Source of the DNA: Victivallales bacterium
GTDB lineage: Bacteria > Verrucomicrobiota > Lentisphaeria > Victivallales > GWF2-38-69
Length of the DNA: 64,000 nt
Reading direction: 5' to 3'
Assembly: GCA_021733985.1 (NCBI GenBank)
Contig: JAIPJT010000007.1
Coordinates: 10,854-74,853, forward strand
Below are positions 19,208 through 29,371 of the stretch, in pieces; the first letter of the stretch is position 1; every line of letters starts with the position of its first letter. A model generated the notes under the pieces. That model saw only the letters and a list, made by a program, of their open reading frames with translations, was not told the origin of the DNA and did no database searches. Position numbers and translations under genes: made by a program.

Positions 19208-20419
19208 ATGCTGAGAGTGTTTAATTTTTTGAAAAGCAAAAATAAAAAGGAAATCAGGACTTTTCAAAAGCATATTAAAAATGTTCTGATTCGCGATGAT
19301 GATATTCTTTCCCTAAAACAGAAAGAAAACTTAGACGGAATTATAGGGGATCTCGAGAGTCTTTACAGGAAACCTTCACCCGATAACAGAAATGTTTTAA
19401 AAGCTGAACTCTCAAAAATCAGGAGCAGATATGAGCTTGTGCTGCCTCCTAAAGGGTTGAAAATCTTACGGGAGTACACAGAGATATTCATAGTCGCCCT
19501 TACAGTGGCGTTTGGGGTCAGGGCATTGTTTGTACAGCCTTTTAAAATACCGACAAGCAGTATGCAGCCTACACTTTTCGGCATCCATTATATAAAGAAA
19601 AATGTTGTTCCTGACTTTCCGCAGCCGATCAATTTTGCTTTATATTCTACTCAGAGAGCAAAACTTAAAATAGAAAGGAGCGGTGAGCTTGAGGGAGCCT
19701 ATCCCGTTGAAACAAAATTCTTTTTTCCCTGGACTCCATTTAATATTGGGGGAATAAAGTATGAAATGCCGGGGTCGCCGTCAAAAGTAGCTCAATATGT
19801 CTTCAATAACGGAAGCAGAAAATATTTTGAAGCCGGTGAAACAGTCTGTGACGGATGGCTTTCTCAGGGAGATCATTTATTCGTAGACCGCCTTTCTTAT
19901 CATTTTTCACCTCCGAAGCGCGGAGATATTGTGATTTTTACAACTGAAAACATATATAATGATGCAAGTGGAGAACCTCTTACAGACCATGGATTTTACT
20001 ATGTTAAACGTCTTGTCGGTATGCCGGGCGATATGTTGAAAATAGATGGAAACGGATTGGTAAAGCTCAAAACTGCAGGAACTAACAGGTTCAGACCAAT
20101 AACGGATTTTGGAAAAGTTTTCAGAAAAATATTCTCAAAAAAAGGCGGTTATCAGGGATACTGGGCTGTGGGGAGGCTTATGGAAGGCAAAACAGTAAAA
20201 GTACCTGAAGGACATTATTTCATGCTGGGGGATAATACTTCAGTAAGTGCTGACGGAAGATACTGGGGATTTGTACCCCGCGCAAATATTGTCGGAAAAC
20301 CACTGTTTGTTTTTTGGCCTTTTTCAAGGAGGTGGGGGTTACCTGACTCACAGCCGCCGATAAATGTACCGACAACTATAACTGAATCGAGCATAATTCC
20401 TCAAATGCGGCTCCAGTAA
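19208..20419 (+). CDS. lepB: Signal peptidase I
   Basis: S26 boxes PTSSMQPTL, GDHLFVDR, RGDIVIF, YVKRLVGMPGD and GDNTSVSADGRYWGFVP. It has a long N-terminal cytoplasmic segment. Confidence 0.85.
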   Translation: MLRVFNFLKSKNKKEIRTFQKHIKNVLIRDDDILSLKQKENLDGIIGDLESLYRKPSPDNRNVLKAELSKIRSRYELVLPPKGLKILREYTEIFIVALTVAFGVRALFVQPFKIPTSSMQPTLFGIHYIKKNVVPDFPQPINFALYSTQRAKLKIERSGELEGAYPVETKFFFPWTPFNIGGIKYEMPGSPSKVAQYVFNNGSRKYFEAGETVCDGWLSQGDHLFVDRLSYHFSPPKRGDIVIFTTENIYNDASGEPLTDHGFYYVKRLVGMPGDMLKIDGNGLVKLKTAGTNRFRPITDFGKVFRKIFSKKGGYQGYWAVGRLMEGKTVKVPEGHYFMLGDNTSVSADGRYWGFVPRANIVGKPLFVFWPFSRRWGLPDSQPPINVPTTITESSIIPQMRLQ

Positions 20420-20432
20420 ATGTATTATAATT

Positions 20433-22220
20433 ATGAAAGAGAAAACAAAAACTACTGATAATGCTTTAAAGAGAAAAAATGAAGTATTTAAGATAAGCAG
20501 AATTTATTTTGGATTTCGTTGTTTAGCTGCTTTAGTATCCGGAATGCTGATGATTTTGGCTTTTCCATGTTTTAACTTTTCCTATCTTGCGTGGATAACA
20601 ATTATTCCATTATATATTCTGGTTTTTGACTTAAACTGGAGAAGGGCTTTTGTTATCGGTTTTTTGTGGGGGTATGCCTGGAGCGTTGCTTCCACAATAT
20701 GGCTGAGAAATATTGAAACTTTCATACCGTTTGCTATCTCGTTTATTCTGGCTTTTTTTTATGCATTCTGGGCTGTCGCTGTGCCTGTAGTAAGACGATA
20801 TTTATTTGTGCCCGGATATATTCAGCTTAAGGGTTATAATGAAGAATGCAGTTATCTGAAAAGTAATTCTTTTGCTTTTAAAGAGATTGTGTTTACTCTC
20901 TGTCTGTCATGCTTGTGGTGTGTAATCGAATGGGTTAGAACATGGATATTTACCGGACTTCCGTGGAATTTGCTTGCAATAAGCCAGTGGCAGCAGCTGG
21001 CTATTATTCAGATCGCTTCAGTTACAGGAATTTACGGAGTAAGTTTTATCCTTGTGTTTATGAATTTAGCAATAGCTGATACAGGAATTGCTGTTTACAA
21101 AAAAATAAAACATAATCAGGGGGATTCGGCCTTCCGTTTTGTGCCGCTATCATTATACATTTCCATAATGCTGATTTTAGCTGCATTTCATTTTGGTATA
21201 AACAGGGCGGGGGATTTAAGAAAAAAAACTCCGGAGACAGTTTTAAGAGCTGCGGTAGTACAGGGAGACATACCGCAATGTCGTTTTTTCAATGCTGAGG
21301 AGGCAATGTTTGCGTTAAAGACATATACTAACCTTTCCGAAAAAATACTTCCTTCTAAGCCGGATATTCTTATATGGCCCGAATCGGCTGTACCTCAGTC
21401 TCTGCGCGGAAGCAGTTATTTATCTTATGAATACAGAGAAAATATTGAAGAACTGACAGATAAATTTCATATTCCGATACTTTTGGGTACTACTGATTAC
21501 GAATTCGACAGTTCAGATAAGTTAAAATTTTATAACAGTGCATATTTAATTAACAAAAACGGTGAATTTGTGAAACGTTACAATAAAATGCACCTTGTGC
21601 CGTGGGGGGAATATACACCTTTTGAAAATATTTGGCCGGTTTCTCCGATTTATCCATGGATTAAAGAAAAATTCGGGATGGGGCGGTCTTGTACTCCGGG
21701 CACTGTAAATACTATATTTAAACTTAAAAAAAATGTTAATGCTTCTGTTTTAATCTGTTACGAAGATATATTTCCGAAAATAGCGAGAAAGCATGTTTTA
21801 AACGGTGCAAATCTTTTATTGACAATTACTAATGATGCATGGTTTCCTACAGAGAATCAGCTGGAACAGCATTTGGCACAGGCTGTGTTCAGAGCTGTTG
21901 AAAATAATAGAGTAATGATAAGAAACGGCAACTGTGCAGGCAGTTGTGTAATCCAGCCCAACGGTTTTGTGTCAGACAGTATTTTTTTTAAGAAGGAGTC
22001 CGGCGGAAAGTTCGAACCCGACCCTGCAGTAAAGGGTAGGGGGACCGCTGTATTCAATGTGGGAATCAGAGAAAAACCGGAGACAACATTTTATACAAAA
22101 TACGGAAATTTGTTTATACTTTTCTGCGGTATAACGACTTTAATCATTTTTTTATGCTGTTCATGGAACTGGAAAGCAAAAAAAACAGAACTTATCAGAG
22201 CCTTTAATAACCGGAAGTAG
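20433..22220 (+). CDS. lnt: Apolipoprotein N-acyltransferase
   Basis: Multi-TM N-terminal half plus a CN-hydrolase domain (IWPESAVP, YNKMHLVPWGEYTP, LICYEDIFP). Confidence 0.85.
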   Translation: MKEKTKTTDNALKRKNEVFKISRIYFGFRCLAALVSGMLMILAFPCFNFSYLAWITIIPLYILVFDLNWRRAFVIGFLWGYAWSVASTIWLRNIETFIPFAISFILAFFYAFWAVAVPVVRRYLFVPGYIQLKGYNEECSYLKSNSFAFKEIVFTLCLSCLWCVIEWVRTWIFTGLPWNLLAISQWQQLAIIQIASVTGIYGVSFILVFMNLAIADTGIAVYKKIKHNQGDSAFRFVPLSLYISIMLILAAFHFGINRAGDLRKKTPETVLRAAVVQGDIPQCRFFNAEEAMFALKTYTNLSEKILPSKPDILIWPESAVPQSLRGSSYLSYEYRENIEELTDKFHIPILLGTTDYEFDSSDKLKFYNSAYLINKNGEFVKRYNKMHLVPWGEYTPFENIWPVSPIYPWIKEKFGMGRSCTPGTVNTIFKLKKNVNASVLICYEDIFPKIARKHVLNGANLLLTITNDAWFPTENQLEQHLAQAVFRAVENNRVMIRNGNCAGSCVIQPNGFVSDSIFFKKESGGKFEPDPAVKGRGTAVFNVGIREKPETTFYTKYGNLFILFCGITTLIIFLCCSWNWKAKKTELIRAFNNRK

Positions 22221-22292
22221 TGTTCTTCCTAAGAACTTTGCGGTTACTTAGAAAACTCTATCGATTGTAATTTTGCTGCTGCACATCTTGGA

Positions 22293-22407
22293 TTAAACCC
22301 GAATTATGCATTTGAACTTCACAAAGGTTTTAAGTAACTTATTTTTATAGTTTTTCAACTGGCTTGCAGCTACGGCACACTGCGTAATTGCATAATCCGG
22401 ATTAAAG
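22293..22407 (+). repeat. Family-3 inverted-repeat-bearing intergenic element
   Basis: The left end TTAAACCCGAATTATGCATTTG and the rc of the right end TTTAATCCGGATTATGCAATTA match about 16/22. The internal block CTTGCAGCTACGGCACACTGCGTAATT recurs inverted at 29107-29134. Confidence 0.45.
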
Positions 22408-22860
22408 ATTCTTCTCCTTGACACGCTTCCAGGTTTCTGTTCTTCCGAGCAGTGACACGCCTATATAGCCTCTGAGTTTTAACGTATCATTATTTTCAAG
22501 CCACATCTGACATGAATATGTTTTTCCGTTTTTGGGATCATAAATGGTTCCGCCCTTCCATTTTTTATCTTCGTATTTAAAATTTTTTAAAATTACCTTT
22601 TTCAGAAGCGGAAGGTTTCTCTTAGATTTATCCGGATTTTTTTCATCGAGCTGTTTATCGTTCTTCATTTTTATTATTTTACCGAAAAATCTATTATTTT
22701 TTTTGAAAACCTTTATTATGCTGTCACCATGTTTTTCGCTATGGTCCAGCCACTTTCCTATAATGGAGTCTGATGTGACAGTTTTCTGTGCTGTTAAAGT
22801 AACAGCTGTTATGATACAGACTGTAATGACTAAGCTTTTAACAATTCGTTTCATAATCAA
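22402..22860 (-). CDS. DUF2147-domain secreted protein
   Basis: Signal peptide, then GKW..., IYDPKNGKTYSCQMWLENNDTLKLRGYIGVSLLGRTETWKR, which is typical of DUF2147. Confidence 0.7.
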   Translation of the reverse strand: MIMKRIVKSLVITVCIITAVTLTAQKTVTSDSIIGKWLDHSEKHGDSIIKVFKKNNRFFGKIIKMKNDKQLDEKNPDKSKRNLPLLKKVILKNFKYEDKKWKGGTIYDPKNGKTYSCQMWLENNDTLKLRGYIGVSLLGRTETWKRVKEKNL

Positions 22861-22948
22861 TCCTCCTTATTTACAATTATAATAATTACTGTAAAATGCT
22901 ATTTTTAGCTGTATATTAATTAAAGCCTTAATATATATATTATAGTTC

Positions 22949-23494
22949 ATGAATACGAAAAATAACAATAGACAATTCAGATCTTTTATTGCCTTTGAAC
23001 TTCCGGACGGAGTTAAAAAATTATGCATGTCTGTACAGGAAGCGCTGAAATCCAAAGGTGTTAAGGCAAGATGGACAAAACCGCAAAACCAGCATCTGAC
23101 TATTAATTTTTTAGGGGATCAGTCAATCGAAAGACTTTATGATATTAAGACAAATATCGAGAGCCTGGATATAAAACTTCATGAGATAATGTTCAAAGTA
23201 TCAGGCATTGATTATTTTGGGAAGCCTCCGCGGGTACTGTTTTTGAAAGTTGAAGATATAAAGAATGCCGGTAGCAGAACTGTATCACTGATAACTGAAA
23301 AAAACAGTTTGAAATCTGAATATAAAAAGTGGGTGCCGCATTTAACTTTAGCAAGATTCAAAACATATAAAGAAAGCAGGAGTTTAAAAAATAACCTGCC
23401 GGCTATGAATTTAAGCTGTACATTTATGCCGGAAAGTATTACAATATTTACCAGTCAGCTAACCTCAGAAGGGCCGATATATAAACCGGTATAA
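22949..23494 (+). CDS. thpR: RNA 2',3'-cyclic phosphodiesterase (2H phosphoesterase)
   Basis: Two HxT motifs (HLTINF, HLTLARF) at the expected spacing. 181 aa. Confidence 0.75.
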   Translation: MNTKNNNRQFRSFIAFELPDGVKKLCMSVQEALKSKGVKARWTKPQNQHLTINFLGDQSIERLYDIKTNIESLDIKLHEIMFKVSGIDYFGKPPRVLFLKVEDIKNAGSRTVSLITEKNSLKSEYKKWVPHLTLARFKTYKESRSLKNNLPAMNLSCTFMPESITIFTSQLTSEGPIYKPV

Positions 23495-23554
23495 TTTTTA
23501 CAGAAGGACGTCTGGAAAAGTTGTTTTTTAGGTTAAAACTTTAGTGAGTACGAG

Positions 23555-24937
23555 ATGACAAACAATCATTTAAAAAGAAAAATTCCCGGTATAAATACGA
23601 TTCTTGAAGCTCCGGAAATACAGGAGCTTTTAAAGAAGTACAAAGACGAAATTATAAAAAAAGTAATTAAAAAAACTGTTTCCAAACTAAAGCGGGAAGT
23701 AGACAGAAATAATAGAACTGTAATAAATAAGGACTTAATTATCCGAAAAGCCTGTGCAGGAATAGAGACACTTACCCAGGGTACTCTAAAGTCAGTAATT
23801 AATGCTACAGGAATACTGCTTCATACAAATTTAGGCAGGGCTCCCCTCGGCCCTGAATTATTCGATGAGTTAAGAAAGACCGGGACCGGTTATTCAAATA
23901 TTGAATTTGATCTTACGAACGGAATCCGTCAAAACCGCAATTACCATATTACAGAATCATTAAAAATTATCACCGGTGCAGAAGACGCAATAGCGGTAAA
24001 CAACAATGCGGCAGCCGTAATGCTTGCTCTGAATACATTTGCAAATAATAAAGAGACAATAATATCAAGGGGTGAATTAATTGAGATAGGTGAATCCTTC
24101 AGGCTTAACGAAATAATGGAGGCTTCCGGGAGTATAATTAAAGAAGTAGGAACTACTAATAAAACAAGGTTTTCCGATTATAATAAAGCTGTGGGCGAAA
24201 ACACCGGTCTGCTCCTTAAAGCTCATAGGTCAAACTATACTATTACAGGTTTCACAGAAGAAGTATCCATAAAAGAACTCTGTGGTATAGCTTATCGTAA
24301 TAAGATTCCTTTTCTGTATGATTTGGGTTCCGGCCTTTTGGAGTCTACAGATATAAAAATAGACAACAGTGAGCCTACTGTAGAAGCGGTATTAAATATG
24401 GGTGCCGACATTATAACCTTCAGCTCTGACAAGCTTTTAGGCGGCCCACAGGGAGGAATTATTGCCGGAAAGAAAAATCTTATTGCTCAAATTAGAAAAA
24501 ATCCTATGCTTAGAGCCTTGCGTGTAGGTAAACTGACATACGCAGGATTGTCATTCTGTCTTGCGCAGCATTTGTTTAAGCCGGAAGGTTCATGTCTTCC
24601 TGTAAACAAAAAGCTTTATCAGGATAGTTCTGCACTTTTTAATAAAGCTGAAAAGTTAAGTAAAGCACTTTCAGAAACAAATATAAATAATAAAATAGTT
24701 GAATCTTCGGCCAGGTGCGGCGGTGGAACACTACCCGGAAATCTTTTACCCAGTTATGCGCTGGAAGTCAGTACCGGTAAGTTCAAGGCACAGGAGGTTT
24801 ATTCGGCTTTATTAAAAGCGGAAAAACCGGTAATTGCCATACTAAGAAGAGGTAAACTGTTACTGGATGTTTTTACTTTAGACAGCGGAGAGCTTAAAAC
24901 AATAGTTCAGGAACTATCTAAAATTATATACCATTAA
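23555..24937 (+). CDS. selA: L-seryl-tRNA(Sec) selenium transferase
   Basis: SelA-like collinear motifs (NATGILLHTNLGRAPL, NNNAAAVMLAL, FSSDKLLGGPQGG with the PLP lysine). 460 aa. Confidence 0.85.
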   Translation: MTNNHLKRKIPGINTILEAPEIQELLKKYKDEIIKKVIKKTVSKLKREVDRNNRTVINKDLIIRKACAGIETLTQGTLKSVINATGILLHTNLGRAPLGPELFDELRKTGTGYSNIEFDLTNGIRQNRNYHITESLKIITGAEDAIAVNNNAAAVMLALNTFANNKETIISRGELIEIGESFRLNEIMEASGSIIKEVGTTNKTRFSDYNKAVGENTGLLLKAHRSNYTITGFTEEVSIKELCGIAYRNKIPFLYDLGSGLLESTDIKIDNSEPTVEAVLNMGADIITFSSDKLLGGPQGGIIAGKKNLIAQIRKNPMLRALRVGKLTYAGLSFCLAQHLFKPEGSCLPVNKKLYQDSSALFNKAEKLSKALSETNINNKIVESSARCGGGTLPGNLLPSYALEVSTGKFKAQEVYSALLKAEKPVIAILRRGKLLLDVFTLDSGELKTIVQELSKIIYH

Positions 24938-25592
24938 TCTGTTTAAAAAACTCTTCCATAAGTTTATGATTTTTTTTTCCCGGAGAATATTCTATGCCTG
25001 AAGATAAATCGACTCCGAACGGTTTAACTTTAGAAATTGCAGGTTTAATATTATAAGGGTTTAGTCCTCCAGCCAGTATTACTGTTTTTTTCAGTTTTTT
25101 TACTGCGAGTTCAGCGAGTTCCCAGTCCGCCGTTTTTCCAATACCTCCGTAATGTCCGGGTTTATATGCATCCAGGAGAATTTTATCCACATCATATTGG
25201 CTTAGAAGTTCTATTTCCTCTTTATCTTTCAGTCTTGCAGCCTTCCATATCTGAATACCATTGTTATTGTTCCCATATTTATTTTTCAGTTCACTTTTGA
25301 TTCTTTTTACCCGTTCAGGTGATTCATTACCATGGAGCTGCACTATATTTATACCGGAATAAATATACTCGTGTATTTTTTTTATACTTTCGTTAACAAA
25401 AACTCCAGCTTTCCCTTTTTCAGGATAATGATTATTGACGTCAGAGATAATATTATTTACTTCTTCAGTGTTAATATATCTCCTGCTTTTCTCCCAAGTT
25501 ATAAAACCTATAGCATCAGCTCCATAATAGAAAGAACTTTCTGCATCTCTATAATTTGTTATTCCACAGATTTTTACAAATACTTTGTTCAT
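24924..25592 (-). CDS. trpF: Phosphoribosylanthranilate isomerase
   Basis: VKICGIT.., ILAGGLNP and PFGVDLSSGIE motifs. The start is placed at the internal ATG (MNKVFVKICG), which is preceded by AGGAAGG. The ORF track extends 7 codons further. Confidence 0.8.
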   Translation of the reverse strand: MNKVFVKICGITNYRDAESSFYYGADAIGFITWEKSRRYINTEEVNNIISDVNNHYPEKGKAGVFVNESIKKIHEYIYSGINIVQLHGNESPERVKRIKSELKNKYGNNNNGIQIWKAARLKDKEEIELLSQYDVDKILLDAYKPGHYGGIGKTADWELAELAVKKLKKTVILAGGLNPYNIKPAISKVKPFGVDLSSGIEYSPGKKNHKLMEEFFKQINGI

Positions 25593-25921
25593 AACCTTCC
25601 TGTAAGTTGGCATTTTTTTAGACGCAGTATATAGGTTGCTGCGTAAAACAAAAAGCGATTCTGCTGAATTTCCATAAAGCTGTTAAAGGTTTACGTGTAA
25701 TATTCCTTTGTACATTATATTATTTTAACAGATTTATATTTTTTTACATTCAGAGGGTTAAATTTTTAGGCTGATAATATATAATTAGATGTTATACAAA
25801 AAGGTTTTAACCCCTGCATGTTATTGCGGACTCAGAATAAGTATACCCTTTTTGTGGGACAAATAAATAAATTAATTGCTGTTAGGTTTATATATATATA
25901 ATATAATAGAAATATGGAATT

Positions 25922-27376
25922 ATGATTGAAACTATTTCACCGGAATTTGTTAAATATTTTTTATCAACTTTATTTATAATTATTTTAAGTCTGCTGGTCG
26001 CTGTTTTTATTTACAGGAACAAATTAAATTCTGTTAAGGGTAAACTGAACCAGACAAATATAAAACTCGACCAGCTGAATGATTTTATGAATTTCTTTTC
26101 CCTCACTATATCGAAAACTGAGAAATTTCATGATGTATATTCTTCTATTGCTCAGCATATTGCAAATATCACGGATGCTAAAAATATATGTATTTACGAA
26201 TTAGAGGATAACGGCAATGTGCTTATACCTGTAGGTTATACAAAAACCTTTCCTCCGCTTCAACTGTCAAAGAGTTTTGTTTTAAGCAGGCCACGATATA
26301 CAAGTGATTCCTTAAAACATGAAAAAATTAAAATTGGTGAAGGTTTGATAGGCGAAGTGGCTGAAACAAGAAAAGGAATATTGCTCGAAGATGCTACAGG
26401 ATATCCGCATTTAAAGGCTGCTAACAATATTACGCCCATATATACACTTATGGCTATTCCAATGATGTCAAATGATGAATTAGCAGGTGTTATTTGTGCA
26501 GTAAACACTAAAGGGAAAAAAAGTTTTACACAGGTTAATTATGATACCCTAAACTCAATGACAAAACTTATAGTCCAAATTCATAACATTATTAAAGCAT
26601 ATTCATCACTTTCTGTTCAGCAGCGACTTTCACAGGAACTTGAATTTGCAAGACTTCTCCAGACATCCCTGCTGCCTACGGAAGCACCGGACTGGTCTCC
26701 TTTTGTAATTCATGCTTTTAGCAGGTCGGCTAAAGAAGTAAGCGGTGATTTTTACGATTTTGTGAAAGTTGATGACAACAGAATGCTTGTAGTTATCGGG
26801 GATGCAAGCGGAAAAGGGATACCAGCATGTATGGTGATGGCAATGGCCAGAAGCTTCATAAGAGCTAATGTTGAACGATTTACCACGCTTGAAGACCTGC
26901 TCCTGGAGCTGAATACAAACCTTTACCGGGATACCACTGCCGGGAGATTTGCCACCCTTTCCTGCTGCCTGCTTAACCGAAAAGAGGAAACGGTAGAATA
27001 CGGTAGAGCCGGACATACCGAACTGTTATGCTATTCAAGAAAAAACAAAGCGAGAAAAATAATACCGCACGGGACTGCGCTCGGCCTGCTTCCTCCGGAG
27101 ATTACCGGCAACTACGATACATTTTCATTTGTTTTCAAACCCTACTACACAATAATGCTTTTTACGGACGGAATAACTGAAGCTACAGATTCCAGCGGAC
27201 AGGAATACGGGATTGACAGGCTTCATGATATATTCCTGGAATCCTGTAAAAAGAAAAATTCACCACGTAAAGCTACAGAACTTACTATGCGTTCTGTAAA
27301 TGACTTTAGTGAGTCGCAGGAACAGGCTGACGACCAGACTATAGTCACAATCAGCCATATAAAAGCATTTATATAA
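25922..27376 (+). CDS. Membrane-anchored GAF-domain PP2C/SpoIIE-type serine phosphatase (RsbU-like)
   Basis: N-terminal TM helix, a GAF-like middle region, and a SpoIIE domain (EVSGDFYDF, VVIGDASGKGIPACMVMA, LFTDGITEA, DDQTIV). Confidence 0.8.
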   Translation: MIETISPEFVKYFLSTLFIIILSLLVAVFIYRNKLNSVKGKLNQTNIKLDQLNDFMNFFSLTISKTEKFHDVYSSIAQHIANITDAKNICIYELEDNGNVLIPVGYTKTFPPLQLSKSFVLSRPRYTSDSLKHEKIKIGEGLIGEVAETRKGILLEDATGYPHLKAANNITPIYTLMAIPMMSNDELAGVICAVNTKGKKSFTQVNYDTLNSMTKLIVQIHNIIKAYSSLSVQQRLSQELEFARLLQTSLLPTEAPDWSPFVIHAFSRSAKEVSGDFYDFVKVDDNRMLVVIGDASGKGIPACMVMAMARSFIRANVERFTTLEDLLLELNTNLYRDTTAGRFATLSCCLLNRKEETVEYGRAGHTELLCYSRKNKARKIIPHGTALGLLPPEITGNYDTFSFVFKPYYTIMLFTDGITEATDSSGQEYGIDRLHDIFLESCKKKNSPRKATELTMRSVNDFSESQEQADDQTIVTISHIKAFI

Positions 27377-27390
27377 AAGGAACTTAGATA

Positions 27391-27570
27391 ATGAAAACCG
27401 TTAAAATCGGTTGTATTATTATATATTCTGCCGCTCTTTTGATTATTGGTATGATTATTTATAAATACAGAACGGAAATTATTAATTTCGCTGCAGAGAA
27501 ATATAGTCAGACTATTGATTATACAAAAAGCGAAATTGAAGATATTATAAACGGAAATTTTAACGATTAA
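27391..27570 (+). CDS. Small single-TM hypothetical protein (59 aa)
   Basis: ATG preceded by AAAGGA. MKTVKIGCIIIYSAALLIIGMIIYKY... has one hydrophobic helix. It is below the ORF-track size cut-off and sits 15 nt after the phosphatase stop. Confidence 0.3.
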   Translation: MKTVKIGCIIIYSAALLIIGMIIYKYRTEIINFAAEKYSQTIDYTKSEIEDIINGNFND

Positions 27571-27752
27571 CATCTTATTTAATAAATATTTAAAGTCAAA
27601 GTGATTTAGATCTGGTTTATTTACAGGTGCTTGTTTTTGGGGACTAATCTATTAGAATAATAATATTATTTTTTTTAATTTCCTGAATTTTATTGTAGAA
27701 TACTACACAATCTAATCGGGAGAGTAAATCACTAACCGGAAGGAGTATATAC

Positions 27753-28991
27753 ATGGACAACAAAAAGGTTGTGAAGAATTATTTTAAAGAGAACCATGAT
27801 GATATCAGGAATGAAATCATTGAACTTGTTACCAGATTTGTAAAAGAAAAAACTGTAAATGTTCCTACTGACCAGCTTCCTAAACATCCTGATATGAAAC
27901 TCCGGGGTGAAGAGTTCAAAGTTGCAGATATACTTAAGGGAAAACTTAATGAATACGGCATTCCCTATAAGGAATATGCCAGAATACCTGAAAGACCTAA
28001 TATAATTGCTTCTATGGGGAATAAAAATACCGGCAAAAGCTTATTGATGCCGGCCCATATGGATGTAGTGCCTGCAGGTGATGGGTGGGATACTGACCCC
28101 TACGAAGTGTCTCTCAAAGATGAAAAACTTTACGGACGGGGCACATCTGACAATAAAGGACAGCTTGCCTCCATCCTTGTCGCAGGTAAAATACTAAAAA
28201 AACTTGGACTGGACAGTCAGATTAACGGTGAACTTCAAATAGCCGGTCTTTCTGATGAGGAGGCCGGGGACCCGGACGGAGTCGATTACGGTATTGAATA
28301 TCTTATAGAAGAAAATTTTATTGATCCCACTTATGCAGTTATTCCTGATATCGGTGAGTATATGAAAACAATTGATGTAGCGGAAAAGGGAAGAGTTTCC
28401 ATAGAAATTACTTCTATCGGAAAACAGGCTCACGGCTCTACCCCTAACAGAGGTGTCAATGCAATTTATATGATGTCAAGCCTTATTGAAGAAATAAGAA
28501 AAATGAAACTGGAATATAAAGAACATCCTATGCTTGGCCATCCCACGATGAATCTCGGTATGATAAATGGCGGTGCAGCTACAAATATTGTACCCGGTAA
28601 ATGTACTATAGGAATAGATTGCAGAATTGTCCCCGGTATGTCAGAAGAACAGCTGATAAAACAACTGAAGGAATGTACAGAAAAGATAGAAAACGGTAAA
28701 TTTGAAATAAAAGTTATAGATTCTTCCAGGCCTCACGGCATTGATCCGGACAATGCTGTAGTGGAAGCAATAAAAAGAAATGCAACTGAAATATTAGGCT
28801 TTGAACCGGAGCCAATGGGCATGGGCGGCGGAACTTACGCAAAAGGCCTCTGTCTCAATGGAACAATTGCTGTAGGTTGGGGTATCGGTAATGATGAAAC
28901 TTTCCATGTTGCTAATGAATATATAGAAATTGAGCAGCTTATGTCGTTTGCACAAATTACATGCCTGCTTGCACTTGACCTTCTTAAATAA
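27753..28991 (+). CDS. M20-family metallopeptidase (ArgE/DapE/ACY1-type deacylase)
   Basis: PAHMDVVPAG, GTSDNKG, SDEEAG and AHGSTP motifs of M20 peptidases. Confidence 0.8.
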   Translation: MDNKKVVKNYFKENHDDIRNEIIELVTRFVKEKTVNVPTDQLPKHPDMKLRGEEFKVADILKGKLNEYGIPYKEYARIPERPNIIASMGNKNTGKSLLMPAHMDVVPAGDGWDTDPYEVSLKDEKLYGRGTSDNKGQLASILVAGKILKKLGLDSQINGELQIAGLSDEEAGDPDGVDYGIEYLIEENFIDPTYAVIPDIGEYMKTIDVAEKGRVSIEITSIGKQAHGSTPNRGVNAIYMMSSLIEEIRKMKLEYKEHPMLGHPTMNLGMINGGAATNIVPGKCTIGIDCRIVPGMSEEQLIKQLKECTEKIENGKFEIKVIDSSRPHGIDPDNAVVEAIKRNATEILGFEPEPMGMGGGTYAKGLCLNGTIAVGWGIGNDETFHVANEYIEIEQLMSFAQITCLLALDLLK

Positions 28992-29096
28992 TATTTCCAT
29001 AGTAATGAAATTGAAAATATTTTAGAATACATCGCAGTGTGTATGTTTGTATAAAAATTAAGCAGCCGCCCTTGGGCTGGGGCATACGTACATTCC

Positions 29097-29240
29097 CCGG
29101 TTATTATTAATTACGCAGTGTGCTGTAGCTGCAAGGCAACAAAATGCAGCTGTAGTATATACTGCATACCAGGCATGCGACGGTACTTGAATTGCTGTTA
29201 ACGATGCAGATATAGGGGGCAATGCGTAATTAGGGTTTAA
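29097..29240 (-). repeat. Family-3 element, inverted orientation relative to 22293-22407
   Basis: The rc reads TTAAACCCTAATTACGCATTG ... CCTTGCAGCTACAGCACACTGCGTAATTAATAATAACCGG. Both ends align with the copy at 22293-22407 and the interior is longer. Confidence 0.45.
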
Positions 29241-29371
29241 GCTTTATGCACAAAGAGATAAAAAAAAGAGCGAATGCAAAAAGCTCATTTTTTTCTGAAA
29301 AGTTTAAAAACTTATAGAATGACTTATCACTTTGTGCCGCTGCTTAACTTTAGTAAATTCGTACCTGATAA

